This document shows, piece after piece, positions 10,380 to 20,725 of a stretch of 64,000 nt of DNA. A program made the position numbers and the translations under genes. Below the pieces are notes generated by a model. It ran no database searches. It was not told the DNA's origin and saw only the letters and a program-made list of their open reading frames with translations. How positions within the stretch are numbered: position 1 is the first letter of the stretch; every line of letters starts with the position of its first letter. Source of the DNA: Burkholderiales bacterium (GTDB lineage Bacteria; Pseudomonadota; Gammaproteobacteria; Burkholderiales; Methylophilaceae); contig JBBQLN010000010.1 in NCBI GenBank assembly GCA_038327905.1, positions 11-64,010 on the forward strand, given 5' to 3'.

Positions 10380-11909
10380 TTAAGACACAGAGTGAATTTC
10401 TATCGCCTTGTGCTGTGCAATCTTTTCTTTCCACTCGGCTGGGCCAGTGGTATGTACTGAATTGCCCATGCTATCCACCGCCACTGTCACTGGCATATCT
10501 TGTACCGTGAACTCATAAATTGCTTCCATGCCCAAGTCTGCAAATGCAAGCACTTCGGCCTTTTTAATGGCTTTGCTCACCAAGTAAGCTGCGCCTCCCA
10601 CAGCCGTCAAATAGACTGACTTGTGTTTTGCGATTGATGCTATCGTTTCATCGCCACGCTCAGCTTTTCCGACCATACCCAGCAAACCTACATCGCTTAA
10701 CATCATGTCTGTAAAGCCATCCATGCGTGTTGCCGTAGTGGGTCCTGCTGGCCCTACGGCTTCATCTCGCACTGCATCTACTGGACCAACGTAATAAATA
10801 AAACGGTTTTTAAAATCTACTGGTAATTTCTCACCTTTAGCCAACATAGTTGCAATACGCTTATGCGCTGCATCACGGCCTGTCAGCAACTTGCCATTTA
10901 ACAGCAAGGTTTGACCTGGTTTCCAAGTTTGAATATCGGCTTGCGTAATCGCATCTAAATTCACTCTTATTGAAGCTTCACTAGGCGCCCAATGCACATC
11001 AGGCCAATCACTCAAGTTAGGCGCTTCTAATTCTGCTACGCCACTACCATCCAACTCAAAATGCACATGGCGTGTAGCCGCGCAGTTGGGAATAATAGCT
11101 ACAGGTAAAGATGCTGCATGCGTTGGATAATCTAAAATTTTCACATCCAATACGGTTGCCAAACCACCCAAGCCTTGTGCGCCTATCCCTAAGTTATTGA
11201 CCTTTTCAAAAATTTCTAATCGCAACTCCTCAATTCTATTGCTAGCTCCTTTGGCTTTAAGCTCGTGCATATCAATCGGTGCCATTAATGATTCTTTCGC
11301 CAATAACATGGCTTTTTCTGCACTACCACCAATACCGATACCTAACATGCCTGGTGGACACCAGCCTGCACCCATTTGGGGCACAACTTCCAAAATCCAA
11401 TCCACAATACTGTCATTCGGGTTGAGCATTGCCAGCTTAGCTTTATTCTCTGAGCCGCCACCTTTTGCCGCAATTTGTACGTCAACCTTATCACCTGCAA
11501 CCAAAGAAACATGCACCACCGCTGGCGTGTTATCCTTAGTATTGGCGCGCCTTCCAGCGGGATCGCTCACAATAGAAGCACGTAATTTATTCTTTGGTAA
11601 CATGTAAGCACGGCGTACGCCTTCATTCACCATTTGCTCAATATCTAGCTCTGCATCCCACTGCACGCTCATGCCTACTTTAACGAAAGCAACAACAATG
11701 CCAGTATCTTGGCAAAGCGGTCTTTTTCCTTCTGCACACATACGGGAATTGGTTAAAATCTGAGCAATGGCATCTTTCGCGGCTGGAGATTGCTCTGCTT
11801 CATAAGCACGACCCAAGGCCTGAATATAATCTACAGGGTGATAATAAGAAATATATTGCAGGGCATCGGCGATGCTTTGAATAAAGTCTTCTTGGCGTAT
11901 CGTTGTCAT
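10380..11909 (-). CDS. fumA: Class I (Fe-S dependent) fumarate hydratase
   Basis: 509 aa with fused N- and C-terminal class I fumarase domains. Cys ligand context CQDTG. Last gene of the minus-strand operon. Confidence 0.9.
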   Translation of the reverse strand: MTTIRQEDFIQSIADALQYISYYHPVDYIQALGRAYEAEQSPAAKDAIAQILTNSRMCAEGKRPLCQDTGIVVAFVKVGMSVQWDAELDIEQMVNEGVRRAYMLPKNKLRASIVSDPAGRRANTKDNTPAVVHVSLVAGDKVDVQIAAKGGGSENKAKLAMLNPNDSIVDWILEVVPQMGAGWCPPGMLGIGIGGSAEKAMLLAKESLMAPIDMHELKAKGASNRIEELRLEIFEKVNNLGIGAQGLGGLATVLDVKILDYPTHAASLPVAIIPNCAATRHVHFELDGSGVAELEAPNLSDWPDVHWAPSEASIRVNLDAITQADIQTWKPGQTLLLNGKLLTGRDAAHKRIATMLAKGEKLPVDFKNRFIYYVGPVDAVRDEAVGPAGPTTATRMDGFTDMMLSDVGLLGMVGKAERGDETIASIAKHKSVYLTAVGGAAYLVSKAIKKAEVLAFADLGMEAIYEFTVQDMPVTVAVDSMGNSVHTTGPAEWKEKIAQHKAIEIHSVS

Positions 11910-11924
11910 TTTTGTCTACAATCT

Positions 11925-13556
11925 CTATCTAGCTGATTTCGAATACGCAATTTTGTTATTGATGTCTTTACGCAAAATTTTGCCGTTTTTAGTACGCGGG
12001 AAATCTTTAGTTAAATACACCGTTTTTGGCGCTTTATAAGCCGCTAAATGCTGCTTGCCAAATGCCATTAACTCATCCGCATTGACTTCAGAATTAGGTT
12101 GCAAAATGACATAAGTCACGACTAATAATTTGTCTTTTTCAAGCTCCTCACCCACAGCGGCACAGTCGGCCACAGCAGGGTGCGATTTATACACGCGCTC
12201 AATTTCATAGGGTGATACGCGGTAGCCAAAGCTCTTAATAATGTCGTCTTTACGTCCTAAGAACCAGATATAGCCATCTTCATCATATCGCGCATAATCA
12301 CCAGAGAAAAACCAGCCATCATGCTTATATTTTGCCGTTTCTTCGTCAAGATTCCAATAACGTAAGAATAAGCCTGGGTCTGATTCTGGCACGCTAATCA
12401 TACCTTCTTCGCGTTGTTCAACTTCTTCTAAAGTGTCAGGATTCAGCAATTTAATGGCATGGCCTGGTTGTGGAAAACCTGCAGAACCTGCACGTATCGG
12501 ACGGAATATACTTTGACTTAAATAGTATGAAAACTCACTCATGCCAACGGCTTCGTAAATATCTGCACCAAAACGTTCACGCCATTGTTGTAATACTTCG
12601 TCAGACAGATGCTCACCAGCACTCATGCAGTGACGTAAGCTTGGCACATCGACTTGTTTGGCTGTCGATTTCTGAATAATTTGGCGATAGATTGTTGGTA
12701 CACCCACAAAAATCGTCGCTGAATGTTTGGCTATCAAACGTGTCCATAAATCAGCATCATTTTTGCCTTCATGCACGATGACCGTTTTGCCTAAATAGAG
12801 AGGATCCATCAAGCCTGAACCTAATACATAGGTCCAATTAAACTTACCTGAATGCATGATGCGGTCTTGCGAATTGGCATCAAAATTAAACCAGTATTTA
12901 GAAGCGGGTTCTCGGCCTATCAAAGCACGGTGCGCGTGCAGCACGCCTTTTGGATAACCAGTTGTACCTGAGGTATACACCAAATAAGCTGGATCGTCCG
13001 ATGCCGTTAAATGTGCTGGTTCGCATTTTGTAATTGCAGAAAGCTGTGCGTCTAAATCGCACACATTTAAGCTGGCATGTGGCGACACTTCACCAACACC
13101 AGACAAGAACACGTGTTTTAAATTCGGCAAACCTGTTAAATGGTCTTGCAGTGAAGGCCATGCCGCTTTGTCTGTTACCAACACTGTCGCTGTTGAGTCT
13201 TTGGCTAAATAAGCAACTTCCTCTGCGGTCAGTAATGTCGAAGTCGGTACAGAAATAGCACCACGCTTCATTGCACCCAAAAATGCGGTTGGATAATCTA
13301 GATTATTTGGCAGGCGAATAAGCACACGCTCACCAGCATCAACGTTTAAATTTCTAAGTAATTGTGCAAATTGGTCTGTACGTTTAGCTAGCTGCTCAAA
13401 GGTGATTTGTGAAGTGCCTTGTATGTCGTCTTCTACAATCATTGCAATTAATGAGGCCGCCGCTGTGTTCAAGTGCTTATCGGTACAAGCAGCGCCAATA
13501 TTGAAATGTTTAGGAACGCTCCATTTCCACTCTGGAAACTCTACTAGCTTTTGCAT
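11925..13556 (-). CDS. AMP-forming acyl-CoA synthetase/ligase, substrate unknown
   Basis: 543 aa. AMP-binding signature YTSGTTGYPKGV and a C-terminal GKIxRK-like motif (NGKILRKD). Confidence 0.8.
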   Translation of the reverse strand: MQKLVEFPEWKWSVPKHFNIGAACTDKHLNTAAASLIAMIVEDDIQGTSQITFEQLAKRTDQFAQLLRNLNVDAGERVLIRLPNNLDYPTAFLGAMKRGAISVPTSTLLTAEEVAYLAKDSTATVLVTDKAAWPSLQDHLTGLPNLKHVFLSGVGEVSPHASLNVCDLDAQLSAITKCEPAHLTASDDPAYLVYTSGTTGYPKGVLHAHRALIGREPASKYWFNFDANSQDRIMHSGKFNWTYVLGSGLMDPLYLGKTVIVHEGKNDADLWTRLIAKHSATIFVGVPTIYRQIIQKSTAKQVDVPSLRHCMSAGEHLSDEVLQQWRERFGADIYEAVGMSEFSYYLSQSIFRPIRAGSAGFPQPGHAIKLLNPDTLEEVEQREEGMISVPESDPGLFLRYWNLDEETAKYKHDGWFFSGDYARYDEDGYIWFLGRKDDIIKSFGYRVSPYEIERVYKSHPAVADCAAVGEELEKDKLLVVTYVILQPNSEVNADELMAFGKQHLAAYKAPKTVYLTKDFPRTKNGKILRKDINNKIAYSKSAR

Positions 13557-13612
13557 TTTCAGACTCTCTAAAATTCTATGTTGTTAAATTAATGAAGCAC
13601 GATTGATTAAAT

Positions 13613-14740
13613 TTACAGCAATACGCCATACGGCCAGTTTTGGCGTATTACCTGTGCTGGCAATAACTCAAGCACTTGTAGTGCAAAGTCCATATCATCT
13701 TGATTTAGTGCGCGCAAAGCATGCGCTCTCAACAAGGTTTGCAGCGCTTTTCCAAACATTGGAGGATCTAACATCTCGCCTTCAAACTTAATCGCCCCAC
13801 CATGTAACGCATCTGCTTCAATCGCGGCTTTTAAGATACGTACTTTTTGATTGACCTCAGTAGGTGACGGGGTGTATGCCGTTTTACATAAATGAATATG
13901 TCCAGGGTGAATCACTTGCTTGCCAGTCAAACCCATCGCTGCTTCTTGGCAAGCGTGTTTGTAGACAACGCGTGATTCATTATCACCATGCAAATCTAGC
14001 CAGCGGCGCACATCATGCGGCTCGACGAATTTCTCAGGCATCACATTAGCGCCAATTAATGTCTCAACGCCACCAATTACCCCTTTACCGGCAATACGTG
14101 CTTCAAACATGAGTTGATTCATATAGAACTGCAACTCTTCAATCCAGTGTTCTGGCGTAATGTGAATACCCATTGCTTTTGAGAAGTCATGAATACCAAA
14201 AACCACATGCTTTACTGTGCTGTATTGCATTAATTCTGGTGCAATTTTTAGTGATTTTGGATGTTCAATAATCGGCTGAATCGTAATATGTGGATTCAAA
14301 TCTAACAATAGACTTGATAAATCACGTACTTCAGCCGCGCCATAGGCCTCACCTGCTTTAGCGAGCATGACAACGTCGATATAGTTAGACATATCTGCAA
14401 CGAGCTGCATATCCAGCTCATACTCATCGGTACGGAATGAGTTTGCTCGGATGGCAATCGTTATACTAGGATTAACTTCGCGCAACGCTGGCAACTCTTG
14501 GCGTAATAAATCACGACTCATGGCTTTTTGACGACAGCCATCTTCCAAGTCAAAAATTAAAGTATGTGCATTGGTATGATGCGCGTGCTTTTTCATGCGC
14601 GCCGCAGCTTGAGAGACATCTTCGTAAATACCATGTGCCGGTGAATATTTAACAGGCGGATAGTAAAGCTGAATACCAGGCCAATCTTCACCCAGCATAT
14701 TACTATTGGTATAACACTTGATTTTTACAGGACCATTCAT
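13613..14740 (-). CDS. HpcH/HpaI aldolase - CitE-like acyl-CoA lyase family protein (paralog 1)
   Basis: 375 aa. Family motifs FDLEDG, IIEHPKS, GIHDF and VIHPGHI resemble malyl-CoA/citramalyl-CoA lyase-type enzymes. Confidence 0.65.
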   Translation of the reverse strand: MNGPVKIKCYTNSNMLGEDWPGIQLYYPPVKYSPAHGIYEDVSQAAARMKKHAHHTNAHTLIFDLEDGCRQKAMSRDLLRQELPALREVNPSITIAIRANSFRTDEYELDMQLVADMSNYIDVVMLAKAGEAYGAAEVRDLSSLLLDLNPHITIQPIIEHPKSLKIAPELMQYSTVKHVVFGIHDFSKAMGIHITPEHWIEELQFYMNQLMFEARIAGKGVIGGVETLIGANVMPEKFVEPHDVRRWLDLHGDNESRVVYKHACQEAAMGLTGKQVIHPGHIHLCKTAYTPSPTEVNQKVRILKAAIEADALHGGAIKFEGEMLDPPMFGKALQTLLRAHALRALNQDDMDFALQVLELLPAQVIRQNWPYGVLL

Positions 14741-14781
14741 GCTAAGGCTTTCAATAATTTTAATTATTCTTAATTAATTTT

Positions 14782-15090
14782 TTAATGACCACTTAATTTG
14801 GTCAGTACTGTTTTCATTGCATCTGCACCTAAGTGCCTGTTGCTTAATGCTTCTACATCTGCAAACTTAATTCTTGATGTCACTAAATCTAAAAATTCGT
14901 TATCTGGTAAATCTAGCAAGCTATCAAACGCCAATAACTCTGGTTTAGTGAGGGTAGCAAGGTACTTCTCAGAAAAGCGCTGCAATACAATGTCTAGCTC
15001 TAGCAAGCCACGGCGACAACGCCAACTTAAGCGGCGAACTTCTTCCTCAGTCATATTTTGCTTATCTGTCTTGAGTTCACCTAAAAACAT
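14782..15090 (-). CDS. sdhE: Succinate dehydrogenase FAD assembly factor SdhE (DUF339)
   Basis: Contains WRCRRGLLELD, matching the E. coli SdhE core WACRRGMRELD. The start is ambiguous: 15090 has an AGGGA Shine-Dalgarno sequence, while the internal ATG at 15054 gives an E. coli-like length. Confidence 0.8.
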   Translation of the reverse strand: MFLGELKTDKQNMTEEEVRRLSWRCRRGLLELDIVLQRFSEKYLATLTKPELLAFDSLLDLPDNEFLDLVTSRIKFADVEALSNRHLGADAMKTVLTKLSGH

Positions 15091-15109
15091 GTCTCATATC
15101 CCTTTATGC

Positions 15110-15850
15110 CTAAACAGGCTTAATCTCAATATGTTTTTTTGCATTGTTTTTATGCTCACGCGCTTGCTCAAATTTAAGGTCTTTGATTTTCGCAATCGCG
15201 GCATTGGGATTCAGTTTCTTAGGGCACACTTCCACGCAGTTCATAATGTTGTGGCAACGGTATAAACGATCTGGCTCTTCTAAGTTTTCTAAACGCTCAT
15301 CTAGCACCTGATCACGACTATCCACCATAAAACGATAAGCCTGCATCAAACCTGCTGGGCCGACAAACTTATCTGGATTCCACCAAAATGATGGGCAAGA
15401 AGTGGTGCAGGCACCACATAAGATACACTCATACAGACCATCAAGTTTGGCGCGGTCTTCAGGTGATTGTAGGCGCTCAGTTTCAGGTGGCGGATCGTTA
15501 TTTACCAAATAGGGTTTAACCGAATTGTAATTCTCGAAAAACTGCGTCATATCCACGACTAAGTCACGAATCACAGGCAAACCTGGCATTGGGCGAAGTA
15601 CGATAGGCTCTTCTAAATCAGACAGCTTGGTAATGCAAGCCAAGCCATTTTTACCATTGATATTCATGCTGTCAGAGCCGCATACACCCTCACGACATGA
15701 CTTACGCAGGCTTAAGCTATCATCCAATTCTTTGATGCGCAGCAGTGCATCGAGCAGCATTAAATCACTGTCTTCAAGTTGCACGTCGTAATCTTGCATG
15801 TAAGGCTTTTTGTCTTCGTCAGGGTTGAATCTGTAAATTGAGAATTTCAT
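15110..15850 (-). CDS. sdhB: Succinate dehydrogenase iron-sulfur subunit
   Basis: 246 aa. 2Fe-2S motif CREGVCGSD and ferredoxin-type motifs CILCGACTTSC and CHNIMNCVEVCP. Confidence 0.92.
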   Translation of the reverse strand: MKFSIYRFNPDEDKKPYMQDYDVQLEDSDLMLLDALLRIKELDDSLSLRKSCREGVCGSDSMNINGKNGLACITKLSDLEEPIVLRPMPGLPVIRDLVVDMTQFFENYNSVKPYLVNNDPPPETERLQSPEDRAKLDGLYECILCGACTTSCPSFWWNPDKFVGPAGLMQAYRFMVDSRDQVLDERLENLEEPDRLYRCHNIMNCVEVCPKKLNPNAAIAKIKDLKFEQAREHKNNAKKHIEIKPV

Positions 15851-15917
15851 GGTTTTGTCTCTAATTTCTAATTAATTCTGTTTAATTCCGTTTAATTCAG
15901 CGATGCGTTTATAACGC

Positions 15918-17693
15918 TTAATAAACACGTGCTTTAGGCTCAAAGCTCTCTACTGTTTGTGGTTTTAGGCGCACAGGCTTATAGGCTAGGCGATTGCCTT
16001 CACGGTAATAGAGTGAATGTGTAAGCCAGTTTTTATCGTCACGCTCGCTAAAGTCTTCACGCGCATGTGCACCGCGACTCTCAGTTCTGGCCTCTGCAGC
16101 ATGCATGGTCGCTAAAGCCACTTCCACCAAATTATCAAGCTCTAATGCCTCAATCCTTGCGGTGTTAAATACTTGGCTTTTGTCTTTAATCACGGTGTTT
16201 TTAGCGCGCTCAGCTATTTGGTCGATTTTATTCACGCCTTCTTGCAGTAACTCTGGGAAGCGGAACACACCACAATGCGTTTGCATGGTTTCACGTAAGG
16301 CCGCGCCTACATCTTTTACGCTCTCACCTTGGGCTTGCGTGTTTAGTCGATTTAATCTTACCAAAGTCTTATCAAACGCATCTGCTGGCAATGGTTTGTG
16401 ACCAGAGTGCAGCAAGTTATCTTTTCTCACTTCTTCAACCATTTTGTCACCTGCTGCGCGACCGAATACGACTAAATCTAGCAATGAATTTGAACCCAAA
16501 CGATTCGCACCATGCACTGAAACACAAGCGCACTCGCCCACTGCATATAAGCCATTCACTACCGATTGACCACCATTGCCATCTGGCACAACCACTTGAC
16601 CTTGTAGATTGGTAGGAATACCGCCCATCATATAATGCACTGTTGGCACAATAGGAATTGGGTCGTAGACCGGGTCAACATTGGCAAAAGTTTTGGCAAT
16701 TTCGCGGATGCCTGGCAATTTGTCATTAATTAAGGCTTCGCCTAAATGATCTAGCTTTAAGAAAACAGCATCTTTGTTTTTACCCACGCCACGGCCTTCT
16801 TTAATTTCAGTCGCCGTTGCACGCGAAACCACATCGCGGCTCGCTAAGTCTTTTGCATGTGGCGCATAACGCTCCATAAAGCGTTCACCTTCGCTATTGA
16901 CCAAATAACCACCTTCACCACGGACACCTTCTGTAATCAGTACGCCAGCATTCAACACCCCTGTTGGGTGAAACTGCCAAAACTCCATATCTTGCAAGGG
17001 GATATTGGCACGTGCTGCCATACCTAGGCCATCACCAGTATTGATGAACGCGTTAGTACTGGCTTTAAATATGCGGCCTGCACCGCCAGTAGCCAACATA
17101 GTGGCTTTGGCGCGTAGGCAATGCACCTCGCCTGTTTCAATCTCTAGTGCTAAAACACCTAATACGTTGCCATCAGCATCTTTTAATAAATCGAGCGCTA
17201 ACCATTCCACAAAAAATTGGGTATTCGATTGAATATTGCGCTGATAAAGCGTGTGCAACATGGCATGACCAGTTCTATCTGCCACTGCGCAGGTGCGTGA
17301 GATAGCAGTTTCACCAAAGTTTTGCGTCATGCCGCCAAATGGGCGTTGAAATATCTTGCCATTTTCTAAGCGGTCAAACGGCATACCAAAATGCTCAAGC
17401 TCGTAAATTGCCGCAGCAGCGTTTTTACACATAAACTCAATCGCATCTTGGTCGCCTAGATAGTCTGAACCTTTGATGGTGTCGTACATATGCCATAGCC
17501 ACTTATCATCCGCTACGTTACCTAGCGCGGCGGCAATGCCGCCCTGCGCCGCTACAGTGTGCGAACGCGTTGGAAATACTTTAGATAGCACCGCTACTTT
17601 TAAGCCTGATTGCGCTAATTGAAGCGAAGCACGCATGCCCGCACCGCCACCACCTACTACTAACGCATCAAATGTTTGAGTTTGTAACGCCAT
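15918..17693 (-). CDS. sdhA: Succinate dehydrogenase flavoprotein subunit
   Basis: FAD dinucleotide fold [11 protein letters not shown], the covalent-FAD His context [10 protein letters not shown], and the HGANRLG motif. I start at the ATG at 17693 rather than the TTG at 17699. Confidence 0.92.
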   Translation of the reverse strand: MALQTQTFDALVVGGGGAGMRASLQLAQSGLKVAVLSKVFPTRSHTVAAQGGIAAALGNVADDKWLWHMYDTIKGSDYLGDQDAIEFMCKNAAAAIYELEHFGMPFDRLENGKIFQRPFGGMTQNFGETAISRTCAVADRTGHAMLHTLYQRNIQSNTQFFVEWLALDLLKDADGNVLGVLALEIETGEVHCLRAKATMLATGGAGRIFKASTNAFINTGDGLGMAARANIPLQDMEFWQFHPTGVLNAGVLITEGVRGEGGYLVNSEGERFMERYAPHAKDLASRDVVSRATATEIKEGRGVGKNKDAVFLKLDHLGEALINDKLPGIREIAKTFANVDPVYDPIPIVPTVHYMMGGIPTNLQGQVVVPDGNGGQSVVNGLYAVGECACVSVHGANRLGSNSLLDLVVFGRAAGDKMVEEVRKDNLLHSGHKPLPADAFDKTLVRLNRLNTQAQGESVKDVGAALRETMQTHCGVFRFPELLQEGVNKIDQIAERAKNTVIKDKSQVFNTARIEALELDNLVEVALATMHAAEARTESRGAHAREDFSERDDKNWLTHSLYYREGNRLAYKPVRLKPQTVESFEPKARVY

Positions 17694-17760
17694 AACCAAT
17701 TAACCTTCAATAAATTTTAAATAATCTCTATCTCATCAACCGCGTCAATCAGTGCGCCAA

Positions 17761-18105
17761 TTAACCCAGCAGTAACCAAGTTGCCCAAAGCAAATAAACC
17801 CATAATGACACCACTAAAAGTTTATCTAGCACATCTCGAACACCTGGATTTGGCACGTAATCTTTAAATACATCGCGAATGCCTAGCCATGCATGTATGC
17901 ACAAGCTAATCCAAAACAACAAAGTAGCAATACGCCACCACAGTGGCTGAAAAAAATTGACCCAAGCTTCATAATGGCTCGGCTGTATGATTAAGAATCT
18001 TGCAACCGCAAAAACGCTATAAATCGCCATGACTAGCGCGCTAAGTCTTTGTGTTAACCAAGCACGCATGCCTGGGTATCGTTTAGTGAGAAGTTCAATA
18101 AGCAT
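17761..18105 (-). CDS. sdhD: Succinate dehydrogenase membrane anchor subunit
   Basis: 114 aa with three TM helices, located between sdhC and sdhA. Confidence 0.8.
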   Translation of the reverse strand: MLIELLTKRYPGMRAWLTQRLSALVMAIYSVFAVARFLIIQPSHYEAWVNFFQPLWWRIATLLFWISLCIHAWLGIRDVFKDYVPNPGVRDVLDKLLVVSLWVYLLWATWLLLG

Positions 18106-18111
18106 AAACTG

Positions 18112-18525
18112 TTAAATCCAAATTTTTACGGCTAATACCAAAGTAGCTAAGACACCTAACACGAGTACAACTTTGCTGGTATAACGCGCTTTCATCAGCG
18201 TAGTCATCCAGTGCACATCCATTGCAAGATGACGAATTCCCGCAAAAAAATGATGAAAAAAAGCCCACGCCAACCCTAAAACCATGAGCTTTATAAAAGG
18301 CGAATGTAAAATTGTAATCACCGTTTCATAGTGCTGAGCTGAGCTAAGTGAAAACTGCAATAATAGTAAAATAACAGGCAAGATTAAAAACAAAGCGCAA
18401 CCTGTGGCTCGGTGCAGTATCGACACTAAAGCATTAATAGGCAGGCGAATGGTGAATAGGTTCAGGTTTTTTGGTCGAGTCATTTGACCAGGTCTTAGCT
18501 TTGCTTTTTGGCTATTTTTTTCCAT
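18112..18525 (-). CDS. sdhC: Succinate dehydrogenase cytochrome b556 subunit
   Basis: RPKNLNL..LPINALVSILHRATG is the SdhC signature. I start at the ATG at 18525; the ORF track starts at the TTG at 18531. Confidence 0.8.
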   Translation of the reverse strand: MEKNSQKAKLRPGQMTRPKNLNLFTIRLPINALVSILHRATGCALFLILPVILLLLQFSLSSAQHYETVITILHSPFIKLMVLGLAWAFFHHFFAGIRHLAMDVHWMTTLMKARYTSKVVLVLGVLATLVLAVKIWI

Positions 18526-18536
18526 TATCAAAAACC

Positions 18537-19763
18537 TTACTTAGCCTGTTGTGCTAATTTGTCTTGTTGTAACCGTGCAGCATCCGCCACTGCACCAGAC
18601 ACTCTTGATAACAAGCGCTTGTCGAATGGTTTTGGAATAATGTAATCCTTACCAAAACTTAAGCTCTTTAAGTTATATGCGGCCAGCACATCTTCTGGCA
18701 CAGGCTCTCTAGCTAACGCTGCTAAAGCCCGCGCTGCGGCGATTTGCATTTCATCAGTAATTTGTTTAGCTTTAGCGTCTAAAGCGCCGCGGAATAAATA
18801 AGGGAAGCACAAGGCGTTATTCACTTGATTTGGAAAGTCTGAACGACCAGTTGCCATTAAAATATCATCACGAACCGCATGCGCTAAACTAGGCAAAATC
18901 TCTGGGTCAGGGTTCGCCAAGGCAAACACTACAGGCTTTGCTGCCATCAATTTAAGCAAATCTGGTGATAAAGTATTGGCGGCTGAAACACCAATAAACA
19001 CATCTGCATTTGGCATCACATCAGCCAACGTTTTAGCATTACTTGGCGCTACAGCTAAATGACGATTATTGTCATGCAAGTCAGTACGCGAAGTATCTAA
19101 AACTCCAGACTTATCAACCATAGTGATATTAGTTGCACCCATTAATTTAAGCAATCGAGCACATGAACAACCCGCCGCACCCGCTCCTAAAAATACGATT
19201 TTTGCTGTGGGTAATGTTTTGCCTTGCAACTCTAAAGCATTAGTCAAAGCTGCAGAGACGATCACCGCCGTGCCATGTTGGTCATCATGAAACACTGGAA
19301 TATCTAAACGTGCGCGCAATTCATTTTCGATTCTGAAACAATGTGGCGCCGCAATATCTTCTAAATTAATACCACCAAATGTTGGGGCAATATTCACTAC
19401 CGTTTCAATAAACGCCTCGATACTTGGCGCATTGATTTCTATATCGAATACGTCAATGCCCGCAAAGTGTTTGAACAAAACGGCTTTGCCTTCCATGACT
19501 GGTTTACTGGCCAATGGGCCCATATTACCTAAACCTAATACCGCAGTTCCGTCAGTAATTACTGCAACTAAATTACCTTTATTTGTATAGTTATATGCTA
19601 AAGCAGGGTCACGGTTTATTTCTCGCACAGGTACAGCCACGCCTGGCGTGTAAGCCAAGGATAAATCATCTTGTGTGGCACATGGCTTAGATGACTCCAC
19701 AGAAAGCTTACCTGGTTTAGGAAACTCGTGATAATCAAGTGCGCGTTTTTTTAGATCGTCCAT
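18537..19763 (-). CDS. NAD(P)-dependent malic enzyme (short form, no PTA-like domain)
   Basis: 408 aa. N-terminus ..ALDYHEFPKPGKLSV.. and LSLAYTPGVA are typical of prokaryotic malic enzymes. Confidence 0.88.
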   Translation of the reverse strand: MDDLKKRALDYHEFPKPGKLSVESSKPCATQDDLSLAYTPGVAVPVREINRDPALAYNYTNKGNLVAVITDGTAVLGLGNMGPLASKPVMEGKAVLFKHFAGIDVFDIEINAPSIEAFIETVVNIAPTFGGINLEDIAAPHCFRIENELRARLDIPVFHDDQHGTAVIVSAALTNALELQGKTLPTAKIVFLGAGAAGCSCARLLKLMGATNITMVDKSGVLDTSRTDLHDNNRHLAVAPSNAKTLADVMPNADVFIGVSAANTLSPDLLKLMAAKPVVFALANPDPEILPSLAHAVRDDILMATGRSDFPNQVNNALCFPYLFRGALDAKAKQITDEMQIAAARALAALAREPVPEDVLAAYNLKSLSFGKDYIIPKPFDKRLLSRVSGAVADAARLQQDKLAQQAK

Positions 19764-19802
19764 TTAATACTGCCTTTCATCGGCTTTTTTATTTAGATAT
19801 TG

Positions 19803-20540
19803 TTACTCAAGCTCATTCATATAGTGATGATTGTCGGTCACACACAGCCCTAAGCGCCATTCCATGGGTTTGTCACCATAGGTAAATGACACACGCTCAA
19901 TACTTAAAATTGGTTCACCCTCTTTTAACCCTAAGGCCTTAGCTACTTCACCTTTAGCCCCTACCGCTTTCAAGCGCTCTTCAGCACGTACCATGCGCAC
20001 ACCAAATTCAGACTCATACATGCTATACATCGAACCATTATTCTCTTCTACACGCACACCATTCAAACCTTTAAATGCTGCAGCGGGGACTACAATGTGA
20101 TCAAATATTAACGGCCTGCCAGAGAATGTAAGTAATCGCTTTATTTCTATGGTTGAAGCACCTGCTTTTAAATCTAATATTTGCCCCATGCGCACATCGG
20201 CTTTGCCTTTGGTGCATGAAATAAACTCGTTTTGTAACAGCTCTTTTTGGCCATCTATAGAAGTCAGTCTTAAAAACCGCAACTTCATGCCTTCAGCACT
20301 ATGCGTTGCTACAAAGGTACCCTTGCCTTGGCGGCGAATAAGAATGTTTTCTGTAGCTAATGCATCTATGGCTTTGCGCACAGTACCTTGGCTGACTTTA
20401 TAACGACCGGCCAACTCAATTTCGCTTGGAATCATATCGCCAGGGCGCCATTCGCCGCCAATCAAGCTTTGCGTAAGCAGCACTTTAATCTGATCATATA
20501 AAGGCTTGTAGCTTGGGGAATTGTAGTGTTTATCTATCAT
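19803..20540 (-). CDS. GntR family (HutC/UTRA-type) transcriptional regulator
   Basis: wHTH motif PSEIELAGRYKVSQGTVRKAIDAL plus a C-terminal UTRA-like domain. First gene of the minus-strand operon, divergent from the CitE/prp operon. Confidence 0.85.
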   Translation of the reverse strand: MIDKHYNSPSYKPLYDQIKVLLTQSLIGGEWRPGDMIPSEIELAGRYKVSQGTVRKAIDALATENILIRRQGKGTFVATHSAEGMKLRFLRLTSIDGQKELLQNEFISCTKGKADVRMGQILDLKAGASTIEIKRLLTFSGRPLIFDHIVVPAAAFKGLNGVRVEENNGSMYSMYESEFGVRMVRAEERLKAVGAKGEVAKALGLKEGEPILSIERVSFTYGDKPMEWRLGLCVTDNHHYMNELE

Positions 20541-20667
20541 GATCTTTGCTTCTCGCTTTAAGTTGAAAAAGTGGCTGAACGGGCTTAATGCTTATTTAAC
20601 CGCAATTTAACGTTGAACTTCATTACCGATATTTATATCACGAGTATTTACAATAGTCTAGCATTTT

Positions 20668-20692
20668 ATATCTTATATAAGACATAAGATAT
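20668..20692. promoter_or_regulatory. Candidate operator made of nested palindromes
   Basis: ATATCTTAT(20668-76)-N7-ATAAGATAT(20684-92). Inside it lies the perfect 12-bp palindrome TCTTATATAAGA (20671-82). It sits in the 223-bp divergent region next to the GntR gene. Confidence 0.45.
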
Positions 20693-20695
20693 ATA

Positions 20696-20725
20696 TTGAC
20701 ATTTTTTTATTTCTCTCTATATAAT
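20696..20725 (+). promoter_or_regulatory. Sigma70-like promoter for the CitE-like/MaoC/prpBCD operon
   Basis: TTGACA (20696-701), an 18-bp spacer, then TATAAT (20720-25), about 38 nt upstream of the ATG at 20764. Confidence 0.5.
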
